Positions 1 to 10,020 of a stretch of 31,010 bases of DNA are shown here, piece after piece. The stretch is from contig JANNXQ010000218.1 in assembly GCA_031409655.1 (NCBI GenBank), forward strand, positions 1-31,010. The letters run 5' to 3'. Positions within the stretch are counted from its first letter, which is position 1. Each line of letters begins with the position of its first letter. The position numbers and the translations under genes were made by a program. Under the pieces are notes generated by a model. That model did no database searches. It had not been told where the DNA came from and saw nothing but the letters and a program-made list of their open reading frames with translations. The stretch comes from Chthoniobacteraceae bacterium (GTDB lineage Bacteria; Verrucomicrobiota; Verrucomicrobiia; Chthoniobacterales; Chthoniobacteraceae).

Positions 1-114
1 CAGGAAAGCCACACGCACTTTCGCCCCGGGCCGCTTCCTTTACCGCACCTGCCACGCCGAGCCAAGCCCCCCCGCATCGTCCTTCCGGCGTCCAGCTTCC
101 CCTAACTCACCATA

Positions 115-648
115 TCAAATTCCAGACACTGCAAAATCCGGGTAAATAGAGGTTCCCTCTAGGGCATACCGATAGAAAACAATAAAACACAACAGCAGAA
201 TAAGTTGAAAGCCCACAGCAAAAAGATTTGTAATAACCGCCGCGATTGGAACAGCAATTCTAGGAAAGTACACCTTTCCGAAAAGTCCAATATTACTGAT
301 CAACGTCGTGGACGTTGCACTAAAGTTGTTAGCGAAGTATGTCCATGAGAGCCTTCCGAACATGTAGAAAAGCACTGATGGTTGACCGTCGGTAGAGAGC
401 TTAGCAACTTTTCCAAAAACAACTACAAACATCATCGTGTTGACCAGCGGTTGAAGGAGATACCAAAGAGGCCCAAAAACTGTTTGGGCGTATCTAAAAC
501 TGAAATCCCGCTTGACGAGCAGTCGCACGAGGTCCCGATATTCCCAGAGTTCCCTAAACGAAGGCCCACGCCACGACGTATCTGCCTTTATTCGAAGTTC
601 GTAGCCTTCCATTCCTTCTTGCCCGTCAAATAGCTTTACGGTACTCAA
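115..648 (-). CDS. wzm: ABC-2 type polysaccharide export permease (Wzm-like), apparently 3'-truncated (177 aa)
   Basis: N-terminal signature ELWEYRDLVRLLVKRDFSFRYAQTVFGPLWYLLQPL and the later GLFGKVYFPRIAVP motif are typical of Wzm. It lies directly downstream of wzc. The ORF stops after only about half of the expected membrane segments. Start is TTG 648, or alternatively ATG 612. Confidence 0.8.
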   Translation of the reverse strand: MSTVKLFDGQEGMEGYELRIKADTSWRGPSFRELWEYRDLVRLLVKRDFSFRYAQTVFGPLWYLLQPLVNTMMFVVVFGKVAKLSTDGQPSVLFYMFGRLSWTYFANNFSATSTTLISNIGLFGKVYFPRIAVPIAAVITNLFAVGFQLILLLCFIVFYRYALEGTSIYPDFAVSGI

Positions 649-681
649 AAAAGCTAAGTACTGAGATTGGGGTGCTGGTTC

Positions 682-2769
682 CTAAGCACTCTCCGAAGCA
701 GCAGGCTGCGCGTAGTACTCCCCGTACTTGTGGTAGTAATAATATTCTGCCGACTTTCCGTCTGCAGCGTTGAGAATGAGCCCAAGAACATTCACTTGCC
801 GTTTACCCAAAGCGTCCAATGCACTCCGTGTCAATCGGGCCGAACTGACTCCAGCTCGAACTACGAACAATGTCGCATCGATCTTTGGTGCAAGGCTTGC
901 AGTATCATCATTTGCCAAAACTGGCGCACTATCAACGATGATACAATCGTACTCCTTATATACCTCCTGGAGAAGTCTATCTGTGTTCTTTGAGAGGAAG
1001 TGCTCGCTGGTACCAGCGATAACCTTCCCTCGCGGGAGAAGAGAAAGGTTCGCGACGCCAGTCGGAATAATTGATTCACGCCAACCCACCTGCTCTGTCA
1101 GAACCGAGCTTAACCCTGGAAAAGCTTCGACAGAAAAATATTCATGTGCAACCCCTTTCCGCAGGTCGCCGTCGATCAGCAGTGTCTTAGCGCCCCCTCC
1201 CGCGATCGTTATCGCAAGGTTAGCGGCGACCGTGGACTTACCCTCTCCAGGGACTGCACTCGTAATGAGCATTGTCTTAGGCCGCGTTCCGTCAAACGAC
1301 ATAAAATGCAAGGTGGAACGCAGATTCCGATATGACTCAGCGAAAACGTGCTGCTTTTCACCAATTGTTAACAAATTCAGTCTTCCTTTGGTTGCCTCTT
1401 TAGGGACTTGCCCTAACAGATCCTCAGGAAACCTCTCTTGAAGTTCATCCGCCGAAATTATCCGGTCATCCAGGAGCATTGCTAAGAACAGAATCCCAAA
1501 CCCAACAAGAAGTCCAGTTACTCCGCCCGTTGCGAGATCCTTTGCAAATCCGAGTTTCGTCGCCGTTGGATGTGTTGCCGTCTCCATGACGGTGACAACA
1601 TCGGCTTGAAGGTTTGCATTCATACCAATCCCTGTGATGCCAGATAACAACTTGTCTGACAACAGCTTTGCTCGCTCCACTTTTGCTTTGAGTCGGTCGA
1701 ACTCATAAATTTGTCGCGTAAGCTCGAGAGCCTTTTCACCCGTTATTTTAATGGCGGCCTCCAGATTCTCGATCTCAAGCCTGATCGCTTCCTTTTTGTT
1801 TTCCAATTGCAACAAGCTCTGCGCTTTAAAAAGCCCGATGAGACTCTCCTGATGTTGGATTTCGGAATCAAGCTTCTTGATTATTGGATGCAGCGGACGC
1901 ATTTTTTTCGAGTAGCGCTCCTTCTCGGCCTTTCTCAGTTGCAATTCCTGCTTTGCCCGAAGATATTCCCCTTCAGCGCCAAGGGGGCCCGCATTCGGAC
2001 TACCGACAGTATCTACACCATCCGCTGCGGGACTCTTCTCCTGCTTGCGCTCAAGATTTTGGTCCAAGGTCATTACCGTTAGCAATTGGAACTCCCGCTG
2101 CAGTTGCTCTAGTTTTTGATTCAGTGCGCTTAGATTTCTTGCGGCACTGTTCCCTTCCTGTTCGATCAGTGGAACATTGTTACTTTTGCGAAAAGCAAGA
2201 AGTTCCTCGGTTCCGGATTCGATATCCTTCTCTAGTTTCAACAACTCATCGGTGATTGAAGTTAATGCCGTTTCAGAAGTGTCCTGGCGCAGTTCCCTGC
2301 GAATGCGTATGTACTCCTCCATGCAGGCATCAAGATATGCCTGCGTATAGTCAGGCTTATCACCAATTGCAGTGAGCACGAAGAAGGAAGTCCCCTGCTG
2401 CTGCGACACACTGATCGAGACCGCACTGGCCTGCAACTCCGGGTGCATCGTTTCAACCCGCGCTGCTGCGCGCTGCCGCACTTTCTGACTCTGCATGAGT
2501 TCGCTTTGCGTTCCGTAAAAATTACTCAACTCTTCACTATAAATTGCACCTTCCGGCAACGCTATTCTCCCACTTACCATCATTCGACCAATCGAAATGT
2601 ATGATGGCGCTTTTTTGGAATCATTCCACGCAGCCAAGGCGACACCTACGCCGGCTGTAATAACCGGCACCCACCACCATTTCTTGATACTTGACAAGAA
2701 ACGATGCGCTCGAGAAAGCGCCCTGGACGCAGACGGCGACCGCCCCTTTACTGCAAAATCTTCACTCAT
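682..2769 (-). CDS. wzc: Polysaccharide co-polymerase / tyrosine autokinase (Wzc/EpsB family)
   Basis: Two TM segments flank a coiled-coil periplasmic region. Walker A PGEGKS, A' LIDGDLRK and B IIVDSAP are present, with a C-terminal tyrosine cluster EYYYYHKYGEYY. Confidence 0.93.
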   Translation of the reverse strand: MSEDFAVKGRSPSASRALSRAHRFLSSIKKWWWVPVITAGVGVALAAWNDSKKAPSYISIGRMMVSGRIALPEGAIYSEELSNFYGTQSELMQSQKVRQRAAARVETMHPELQASAVSISVSQQQGTSFFVLTAIGDKPDYTQAYLDACMEEYIRIRRELRQDTSETALTSITDELLKLEKDIESGTEELLAFRKSNNVPLIEQEGNSAARNLSALNQKLEQLQREFQLLTVMTLDQNLERKQEKSPAADGVDTVGSPNAGPLGAEGEYLRAKQELQLRKAEKERYSKKMRPLHPIIKKLDSEIQHQESLIGLFKAQSLLQLENKKEAIRLEIENLEAAIKITGEKALELTRQIYEFDRLKAKVERAKLLSDKLLSGITGIGMNANLQADVVTVMETATHPTATKLGFAKDLATGGVTGLLVGFGILFLAMLLDDRIISADELQERFPEDLLGQVPKEATKGRLNLLTIGEKQHVFAESYRNLRSTLHFMSFDGTRPKTMLITSAVPGEGKSTVAANLAITIAGGGAKTLLIDGDLRKGVAHEYFSVEAFPGLSSVLTEQVGWRESIIPTGVANLSLLPRGKVIAGTSEHFLSKNTDRLLQEVYKEYDCIIVDSAPVLANDDTASLAPKIDATLFVVRAGVSSARLTRSALDALGKRQVNVLGLILNAADGKSAEYYYYHKYGEYYAQPAASESA

Positions 2770-2855
2770 ATGGAATTACTATATATTTAGAATCAAGATC
2801 GGATACTATTGCCCCTCAAAGGCGGGCCCTCCAAAGGGAACGCACAAATGCTGAA

Positions 2856-3755
2856 CTACTTGAAGTTAAAGAATTTCTCATCCACAAAAATTGAATCTTC
2901 AGGTAGTAGTTCCACGTCTTTCCCGGCATCCCCCTTCTCCAGAATTGCGTTCACATCTATAAAGATGGTCTCGAGTTTCTCTTTTGATACACCACTGCGC
3001 ATTAATCTCACTTTTTTTTTATTGGCATACTGCGAAAAGCCACCAGCTCTTAAAATTGCCTTACTGACAGTCAACACTTCATCAACAGGCAACTCATACT
3101 GGCTTGGTCGAAGCACTTGCCCACTCAAATAGAAGCGCCCACGCGACCCTGAACGCGCGCCGGCCGAATCCAGAGATATCAGGACTGTTGCCTCGTAGTA
3201 GTACTCTTTCTCCAGCAGTTTCTTCACATGAAAGGCCAGTTGCTTGCACGTTTTCCCACCGACGGCAACGCGTCCAATATAGGGAACTTCAATCTCACCC
3301 GAATCGGTTACTGCAAGAGAGCGCGCCGCAGTTTCGTCCTCTACAATATTCAGGCTTATCTTGTCGCCGATGGATATCGCCCGCTTGTCGTTTAATCCCG
3401 CCATTGTGTTAGGGGTCAGCTCCTTACTCCCAAAATCGTCTTGTTGCGGGGGGGGGCGCACCGATTTGGCAGGCGCAGCAGGCCGCTTCGAGGGAGGGCT
3501 CTCAACGCCACTGCGTCCGGAGGGGAGGATTTGGGTTCCGCGTTGGGACTCGATAGGTGCGTTTTCCACTGGAATGGCCCTCCGGACTTCAGGAGCACTT
3601 CCATTTTTCGCAGATTCCTGTCCTCCAGAGGGCAAGACTCCGCAACCAATCATAATTGCAATATATGCAAAAAACAGATTCCTGATGGCTGAAAAAACTG
3701 ATTTCCGCGCTCGTTCGGGAGGGAGCGATTTCACGTTTGAAAGAATTGGCTTCAT
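2856..3755 (-). CDS. Polysaccharide export protein (Wza-like, Poly_export + SLBB domains)
   Basis: GDKISLNIVED...VTDSGEIEVPYIGRVAVGGKT (Poly_export) and LSGQVLRPSQYEL...AILRAGGFSQYANKKKV...DVELLPEDSIFV (SLBB). It has an N-terminal hydrophobic stretch and a Pro-rich linker. ATG 3755 was chosen because it avoids overlap with the upstream gene. Confidence 0.88.
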   Translation of the reverse strand: MKPILSNVKSLPPERARKSVFSAIRNLFFAYIAIMIGCGVLPSGGQESAKNGSAPEVRRAIPVENAPIESQRGTQILPSGRSGVESPPSKRPAAPAKSVRPPPQQDDFGSKELTPNTMAGLNDKRAISIGDKISLNIVEDETAARSLAVTDSGEIEVPYIGRVAVGGKTCKQLAFHVKKLLEKEYYYEATVLISLDSAGARSGSRGRFYLSGQVLRPSQYELPVDEVLTVSKAILRAGGFSQYANKKKVRLMRSGVSKEKLETIFIDVNAILEKGDAGKDVELLPEDSIFVDEKFFNFK

Positions 3756-3771
3756 AGAGTGTACTCGTCGT

Positions 3772-5373
3772 TCAAAATTGATATTGGAGAGACATGTCCA
3801 ACCGGTTTTCTGCATATCCAAGCCCACTTTGGGGCGAACCTGAGGCCGTATTCGATTCACGTTTCAAATATCGATATTGCAGCGATAGAGTCATTTTTTT
3901 TGAGAGATTCAAATAGCTAAAGATTCCAAACTGATACAGTTTGATCTCCTGGGCGAATTGCCCTCCAGATTCCTTTGCGGACTCAATCGAAAAATTTGTT
4001 CCCAAACCGGCATTTTGAAAGATCGCCAAACTGAGCCGATGACGAAGATAGGTCACTCCTGTTGAATTAGAGGCTGTTCCGAGTTGGGATTCATGTCCTA
4101 TGGATATAGACTGGCCGAGGTAGGAGTTTATGTTGTGATTTATTTCCAATGAACTATACCAGTCATTCAGACTGGACAGGTCGCCAGTTGTGCCGCCCGA
4201 GCCAAAGGATCCGATTTGGTATCCAAAAGTCCCGCGAAGCGCAATTGCTTTGCTCACTTTGAGAGAAGCGCTGATTCCGACGCTATAATTTGTCGCGTCG
4301 TTCAGGAATTCTTGTTCGTAATTTACGATGGATCCATTTGCCTGAACGCCAAGGGAAAGGGCGTCATTAATGCGGACGTCCGCGCTTGCCCCAAATTGCT
4401 CAGAGGCTTGATCGAGGCTCTCAACATCCGATTGAAGTGAAATAGCGTTAAAGTGATCATAGCGGAATGATGCTGAGACGCGGCTATTCATGTCCCAGAA
4501 AACAGACACGCCAGCTACGTTAACGAATTGGGCGTATTGAGCGGGTGCCCGTTGCGTGATAAGGTCGAATTGTTGCTGTGGGATTGAGGGGCGCTCGTGA
4601 ATATTGATTCGGAAATTTCCTATTTTTATATCAAATGATATTCCGGCGTCGGAATCTAATCCCAAAGACGCGTTTGTGAGCGTTCGGCTTTCATCTTCGC
4701 GATTCATGTCCCACAGATATCCAAGACTGAGTTGGATCGATAGCGTGTTTTGACTCGTTATCTGATATGAACCGTAAATATCGAAATGCGGAATGACGAT
4801 AAGGTCAGCCTGCTTGTTGCTATCCGAGATATTGACATTGTCGGTCACCTGGACATCGATCCCCGCCCCAAAGCGGAAGGGCATAGGACCAATTTTGATA
4901 TTGTAGTGTTGAAGGGTTGCTTGCCTTTCTGCTCTTGCAATGAGCCGATCTCGTTCCCTTTCTGCCTGTGAGTTTACGGTTGCGGGGCCCGAGATCCCAG
5001 TTTGGAGTGAATTGTATCCAAAACTTGACGCAGCAGTATTCGATTCCGGGCCTTCGATTACGCTTTGCGAGCGTTGCCCAAGGTTTAGGGGCGACTCTTC
5101 GGCCCGGGCACTGTCAATTCGGGCGGAAGGGCGGACCAAGATGGGCTGTGGCTCGTTCGGAAATAAATTCTGCTGTTCAGACAAGGGAGCGGGCTCTTGC
5201 GGGAGTTTTGCGGGATTGAGAGAAGCCGCTGGAACTTGAGGCTCCGTTTGCGGAGTTTCCGGGCTGGGCAGGGTGTTTTCCACCTGCGCGATCGCATTCG
5301 CCACCAGATGAAGACTTAATCCAGTAACAAACACGATAGCCGCAAACGACGCTTTTGATTTTGCGCACTGCAT
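3772..5373 (-). CDS. Outer-membrane beta-barrel protein associated with the EPS locus
   Basis: Signal peptide-like N-terminus (MQCAKSKASFAAIVFVTGLSLHLVANAIA), Pro-rich linker, alternating amphipathic beta-strands and a terminal aromatic BAM-type motif (MSLQYQF). It sits between the exosortase and wza-like genes. The ORF extends to TTG 5445. Confidence 0.8.
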   Translation of the reverse strand: MQCAKSKASFAAIVFVTGLSLHLVANAIAQVENTLPSPETPQTEPQVPAASLNPAKLPQEPAPLSEQQNLFPNEPQPILVRPSARIDSARAEESPLNLGQRSQSVIEGPESNTAASSFGYNSLQTGISGPATVNSQAERERDRLIARAERQATLQHYNIKIGPMPFRFGAGIDVQVTDNVNISDSNKQADLIVIPHFDIYGSYQITSQNTLSIQLSLGYLWDMNREDESRTLTNASLGLDSDAGISFDIKIGNFRINIHERPSIPQQQFDLITQRAPAQYAQFVNVAGVSVFWDMNSRVSASFRYDHFNAISLQSDVESLDQASEQFGASADVRINDALSLGVQANGSIVNYEQEFLNDATNYSVGISASLKVSKAIALRGTFGYQIGSFGSGGTTGDLSSLNDWYSSLEINHNINSYLGQSISIGHESQLGTASNSTGVTYLRHRLSLAIFQNAGLGTNFSIESAKESGGQFAQEIKLYQFGIFSYLNLSKKMTLSLQYRYLKRESNTASGSPQSGLGYAENRLDMSLQYQF

Positions 5374-5428
5374 GAGCAGGTCTACTCTCTTAAGTTGACG
5401 AGGCCCCGACGGTATTCTGCAGTCATGA

Positions 5429-7009
5429 TTACGATTCGCTGACAATCAACTCCGGCGCACGATGCTCCAAGTGTCTTCTCGCTTCCTCCTCATTTGCAGC
5501 ACCTAACACACCGATCTGAACGAGCTTTTGCCCGAGATTTCTCCTCCCAAACCAAGCACTCTGCAGCCGACCCGCGATGCTCATGTCGAATCTCCTCCCT
5601 TGAGCCGCTCCAGACATCGCCTGATCTTCCCATAAACAGCGGTAAACGTACATGAGCGAATTACTGGCGTCGAAAACCGTGCCATCGAACGTTAAGACAG
5701 CGCCTCCGATCGGGATACTCACCGGTTCTGTTTTCTGCACCATTTTGAATCCGGCAGCAGGCATGCAAATCTCGGGCCGATGCATTGTCGCAAGTTGCGC
5801 CGACGCTCTCCCTGGCTCCCAAGTTAGAGCATACACATGCCAGCTCATTCCCTCCGGCCAATTCATCACTGCCGATGTTCCTTCACTAAAACGCAGAATC
5901 GACCGCACCTCATCAGGCACAATCTGGTAGCGAAACGACGCACTTTCAGCAGGCCACTGGAAACGCCATTCGGCAACTGGAATGCGTCTTCCTTCTCGAA
6001 ATTGATACCATACTTCTGTCATGCCATAGGCTGCCAGAAGCCAGACACCGGATACCACCAAGGCAACTGAAGATAGGCCAGATTTGGACTGGGACGACCG
6101 GGTGGGGCGCTGGTCAAAAGTCTTATCTCCTGTAATCATTTTAGAGAGCAGCCACAAGAGCACAAAGGAGATCAGGAAAATGGTATATCCAGCGGGGTCA
6201 TGCCAAGTATCGACTGCGCCGGTTCCTTCGGCGGCAGTTCGCCAAGCGAGGAAGAAAGTTCTGCACAGATTAAGAGTGAATGCGATTAGGATTCCGCCAA
6301 AGATGAGCGCCACGCGTTTGGCCCAGAATAGACGGTAGTATTCGCTGAAAAATGCGGACGCCATCAACGTGCCAGCCAAGGAACGCATGCCAGAGCACGC
6401 TTCTGCCACGCCTACCGATCCAACTGCAAGTTCGATTACATTTCCCCGCTGTAATGCGGGGATACTTATTGAATTTAACACCTCTACGGTTACCTTTGTT
6501 ACGGCGCCAGTCAGGTATTTTACGGTTGCTTGCTCCATTCCCAGCGGCCAAGGCAAACAAAAGAAGACGAGAGCCAGCGGTAATGTGAAATGGCGCACCC
6601 AAGCGACCCCACCAACGGTGGCAACCATTGCCAATGTTAATACCACGACAGCGGTGGCATTTGCCCAGTTTAATGGTCGCCAATCCGGGTTTGACTCCTG
6701 GATCACACGGATTGGGAACAGCGCGACTAACGCAACCGTCAGAATCAACCGCGCCAAAATACCCGATCCGTTGTTGCTCGGATTTGGCCGATCGCCCCAC
6801 CGTCGACTTATCAGGTAAACAATAAATAAGGGGACGAAGAATCCGAATTCGTACTGAGAGTTGGTTGACCAGTCGGTGGTCAGCTTCGCGATCATTGCAC
6901 CCCAGGCCAAAATCAATACTACACCGTAAAGGAAGGGGCGCGGCACGGAAGCAAAGGGAGGGGCCGCCGCTTGCGGTTTAAACTGAGTCGTTTCGGGGGC
7001 GACTTGCAT
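5429..7009 (-). CDS. Exosortase (EpsH family) fused to a C-terminal EpsI-like domain
   Basis: Multi-TM protein with a catalytic-triad pattern: Cys in VAEACSGMRSL, Arg in LNLCRTF and His in DTWHD. The C-terminal soluble domain carries the EpsI-type HRPEICMPAAG motif. ATG 7009 was preferred over the upstream extension. Confidence 0.88.
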   Translation of the reverse strand: MQVAPETTQFKPQAAAPPFASVPRPFLYGVVLILAWGAMIAKLTTDWSTNSQYEFGFFVPLFIVYLISRRWGDRPNPSNNGSGILARLILTVALVALFPIRVIQESNPDWRPLNWANATAVVVLTLAMVATVGGVAWVRHFTLPLALVFFCLPWPLGMEQATVKYLTGAVTKVTVEVLNSISIPALQRGNVIELAVGSVGVAEACSGMRSLAGTLMASAFFSEYYRLFWAKRVALIFGGILIAFTLNLCRTFFLAWRTAAEGTGAVDTWHDPAGYTIFLISFVLLWLLSKMITGDKTFDQRPTRSSQSKSGLSSVALVVSGVWLLAAYGMTEVWYQFREGRRIPVAEWRFQWPAESASFRYQIVPDEVRSILRFSEGTSAVMNWPEGMSWHVYALTWEPGRASAQLATMHRPEICMPAAGFKMVQKTEPVSIPIGGAVLTFDGTVFDASNSLMYVYRCLWEDQAMSGAAQGRRFDMSIAGRLQSAWFGRRNLGQKLVQIGVLGAANEEEARRHLEHRAPELIVSES

Positions 7010-7596
7010 TAAGCTATTGTTTCTCCGCTTGATCCTAGAGCAAACGCAAACCGCTCCGCTGCGAGGAGCGATGAGGCGTTGTCCTCGTAGGATTGGTGGA
7101 CGCGAGTCTGAAGCCGCGGATGCGCTCACTTGGCTGAGTATTGCGCAAGCTGCCGCACGTGGACACCGCAAATAGTGTCCACTCGACTCGGATTTTCACT
7201 GTCAGGTAGTGGCCTATGCCGATGATTTACTTGGGTGAGCTGATGCTCTTGACTGCCAACCACGGTGCTTTTCGTTCCCACTTCCCGTGCAGAGGTTCTG
7301 CAGGGGCTGTGAGACTGAGAGCTCTGTAATTAGCACGTCGGGGACGGGCTGCATAGCACTGTGAATGGGGCGGGCCAAGGGACTGCGGTTAGGGTTATTA
7401 TAGTTAATGCAGGGTCGCGGCAACAAAAAGTCACCTTTTCCTTCGCTGCGAGGGCTCAGAAAACGATAGAACTTGCCGGTCGGGTTTGGGGAGTGCGTTT
7501 TTGGGCTTTGGCGGCTGCGATGTGCATGGCGCAATGGCTGGACGGTTTGTTGACACGGAGCGCGAGCGACCTACGCTGCGCGGAAGCCTGACGACG

Positions 7597-9915
7597 ATGG
7601 AATCACACGGCACGCTCTCCAAACCCAGCCAGCCCCGAGGCAGTCTTTCCGTCGTGCTTCGGGAGTTTCTCGCTTTGTCGGAAGATGTCCTTCAATCGAC
7701 GAGTTCTCCAATCCAAATTCTCGATCTGAATCGGTTGATCGTTTGGGAAAATTCCGCTTCTACCCGACTTTTTGGAAGGGAGATTCCGAACCTGATCGGG
7801 ACAGCTCAGGGCGAATTGTTTCTGCAAGCAGCCAGGGATAGTGGGCGCTTGGAAAATGAACCGCCGGGTCCGCCAAAGCCGCTCGAAACCACGACGCAAA
7901 TATCGATAGGAGAATCATTTAAAGGAGGCGACGATGGCACTTTTCCAGCCGATTACCTCGCTACGCCGATCTGCGCTGCTGGTGGCCCGATTGGGACGTT
8001 GGTTATTTTTTGCAATGACAGCCGGCACCTCCCAAGAGCGCTTGGTAGAAGTGGCGATAACTCTGTGTCTCACAGCATCTTCGAGAGCGGCACTGATGGG
8101 GCATACGAAGCCACCTCGGATGGGCGCCTCGTGACCGTAAATCGATCTTTTGCGGAAATCCTTGGGTACTCTTCTCCGGACGAAATGGTCTCCGCGATAT
8201 CGGATATCGGCTGCCAACTTTATGTCGAACCCTCTAGGCGGGAGGAGATTGTAGAACGCCTCCACGCTTCGGGCGAGGTTTCGCGGTTTGAATCGCAGAT
8301 GTTTCGGCGTGACGGCACAGCCACTTGGATCTCGGAACGCGCCACAGTGCTTCCTGGGGAAAAAAAGATGCCCCTCCGATACCAAAGCACCGCACACGAC
8401 ATCACGTGGCGCAGGCTAGCCGAAGAGGTTTTGCTGCAAGCTGAAGAAAAGTGGCGGGCGCTCGTCGAGAGCAGCAGTGAATGCATCATCATCGCCGACG
8501 GCAGCGGAATGATCTTTTTTTCGAATGGCAACGCTCAAAAATGTGCACTCGGGTGCCCAGGTGGGAATGTTTTCTTGGAATTCAGCCAAAAGAGCGGCGA
8601 TGCACTGCGGGGGGCAATCGACCGCGCTTTTCGTACCCTGCAGACCGAGTCCCTGGACTTGGAGCGGGCCATTCCTCGGTCCGCTTCGTCCTGGTACGAA
8701 GTCCGCGTCGTTCCGATTGAGCGCGCTGGAGCGGTGGAGCGGGTGATTCTGATTGCGACGGACGTCACGGCGAAACGGCTTGCGGAAGATGCCGTCCGCG
8801 ACAGCCAGCGTTTCATCGGCCGTGTGGCGGACGCCTCGCCAGCGATCCTTTACGTCTATGACGTTCTAAATGAACGGTATGTCTACGTGAACCATCAGGT
8901 GGAGAAGATTCTCGGCTACACGGCTGAGGAGTTTCTTTCCGGGGGAAAAGTCCTGGCGGATGAACTGGTCCACCCCGACGACGCGGGACTCCTCGTGGAG
9001 CGAAAGCGGCGGATCACGGATGCGGCGGACGATGGGGTGGTCTTTGAGTGCATGTATCGGATGCGCAACTCGCACGGCCGATGGCTCTGGATTCGCACGC
9101 GCGACGTCGTTTTCACCCGGGGAACGAATGGCCGGCCGGAGCAAATCATCGGCATGGCCGAGGACGTCACTGAGAGGCGCCGGTCCCGCCACGAACTGGA
9201 ACACTCGCGCGGGCAGTTGCGGGCGCTTTCGGCGCGTCTCCAGGAAGCCCGGGAGGAGGAGCGAGCCGCCATTTCCCGGCGCGTGCATGACGAACTCGGG
9301 CAAGCGCTGACGGCCCTGAATTGGGAAATTGCCTGGCTCAAAGACCGGTTGACGCTGGCGATGCAACGCCAGCAACCGGAATTTGCCGACAAACTCAGCG
9401 GCATGAGCGGCATGGTGGATACGATGATGCAGTCGGTCCGCAAAGTCTCCGCGGAGTTGCGCCCGCCGATCCTTGACCATTTCGGCCTCGTCGCCGCGAT
9501 CGAGTGGCAGGCAAATGAATTCCAGGCGCGCTACCGGATCGTCTGCGAAATCCTCGCCCGCGAGAAAATGGACGTGCCAAACCGCGACGTCTCGACCGCG
9601 GTGTTCCGGATCTTTCAGGAAATCCTCACCAACGTTGCCCGCCACGCCAGCGCCACCAAAGTGCGCGTGCAATTGAATGAAAATCCGAGCGGGATGGCGC
9701 TCATCGTGAATGACAACGGACGCGGCATCACCGAGGGCCAAAAGACGCACTCGCTCGGCATCCTTGGCATGAGCGAGCGAGCGCATCTCTTTGGCGGCGC
9801 CGTCGAGATCACAGGCTCGCCAGGGAAAGGGACGACCGTGACAGTCCTCATCCCGCGCGAATCGATCACCCACCCGATCGTGCCGAAGAAGGAAACGCTG
9901 CGGAAAGTGCAGTGA
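7597..9915 (+). CDS. Cytoplasmic multi-PAS sensor histidine kinase (HisKA_3/NarX-UhpB class)
   Basis: About four PAS/PAC repeats (e.g. VNRSFAEILGYSSPDEM; VHPDD...YRMRNSHGRWLWIRTR), H-box RRVHDELGQ, N-box FRIFQEILTNVARHA and G-boxes NDNGRGI / GILGMSERA. No TM segment is seen. Start is uncertain (ORF open from 7486). Confidence 0.92.
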   Translation: MESHGTLSKPSQPRGSLSVVLREFLALSEDVLQSTSSPIQILDLNRLIVWENSASTRLFGREIPNLIGTAQGELFLQAARDSGRLENEPPGPPKPLETTTQISIGESFKGGDDGTFPADYLATPICAAGGPIGTLVIFCNDSRHLPRALGRSGDNSVSHSIFESGTDGAYEATSDGRLVTVNRSFAEILGYSSPDEMVSAISDIGCQLYVEPSRREEIVERLHASGEVSRFESQMFRRDGTATWISERATVLPGEKKMPLRYQSTAHDITWRRLAEEVLLQAEEKWRALVESSSECIIIADGSGMIFFSNGNAQKCALGCPGGNVFLEFSQKSGDALRGAIDRAFRTLQTESLDLERAIPRSASSWYEVRVVPIERAGAVERVILIATDVTAKRLAEDAVRDSQRFIGRVADASPAILYVYDVLNERYVYVNHQVEKILGYTAEEFLSGGKVLADELVHPDDAGLLVERKRRITDAADDGVVFECMYRMRNSHGRWLWIRTRDVVFTRGTNGRPEQIIGMAEDVTERRRSRHELEHSRGQLRALSARLQEAREEERAAISRRVHDELGQALTALNWEIAWLKDRLTLAMQRQQPEFADKLSGMSGMVDTMMQSVRKVSAELRPPILDHFGLVAAIEWQANEFQARYRIVCEILAREKMDVPNRDVSTAVFRIFQEILTNVARHASATKVRVQLNENPSGMALIVNDNGRGITEGQKTHSLGILGMSERAHLFGGAVEITGSPGKGTTVTVLIPRESITHPIVPKKETLRKVQ

Positions 9916-9992
9916 GGCAGCGCACCGGCCGGCGCCGCGTCAATTTGGAATGAAAGGTTTGAATCGATGCTTGAAGCGCGCCTCCGAGTGTC

Positions 9993-10010
9993 AGCACACT
10001 AGATGCTTTC
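9993..10010 (+). promoter_or_regulatory. Palindromic AGCA-N7-TGCT motif (sigma54-like spacing), copy 1
   Basis: AGCACACTAGATGCTTTC; the TGCT ends 13 nt before ATG 10021. A near-identical copy has the same spacing before ATG 11026. Confidence 0.5.
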
Positions 10011-10020
10011 ACTTCGCGTC

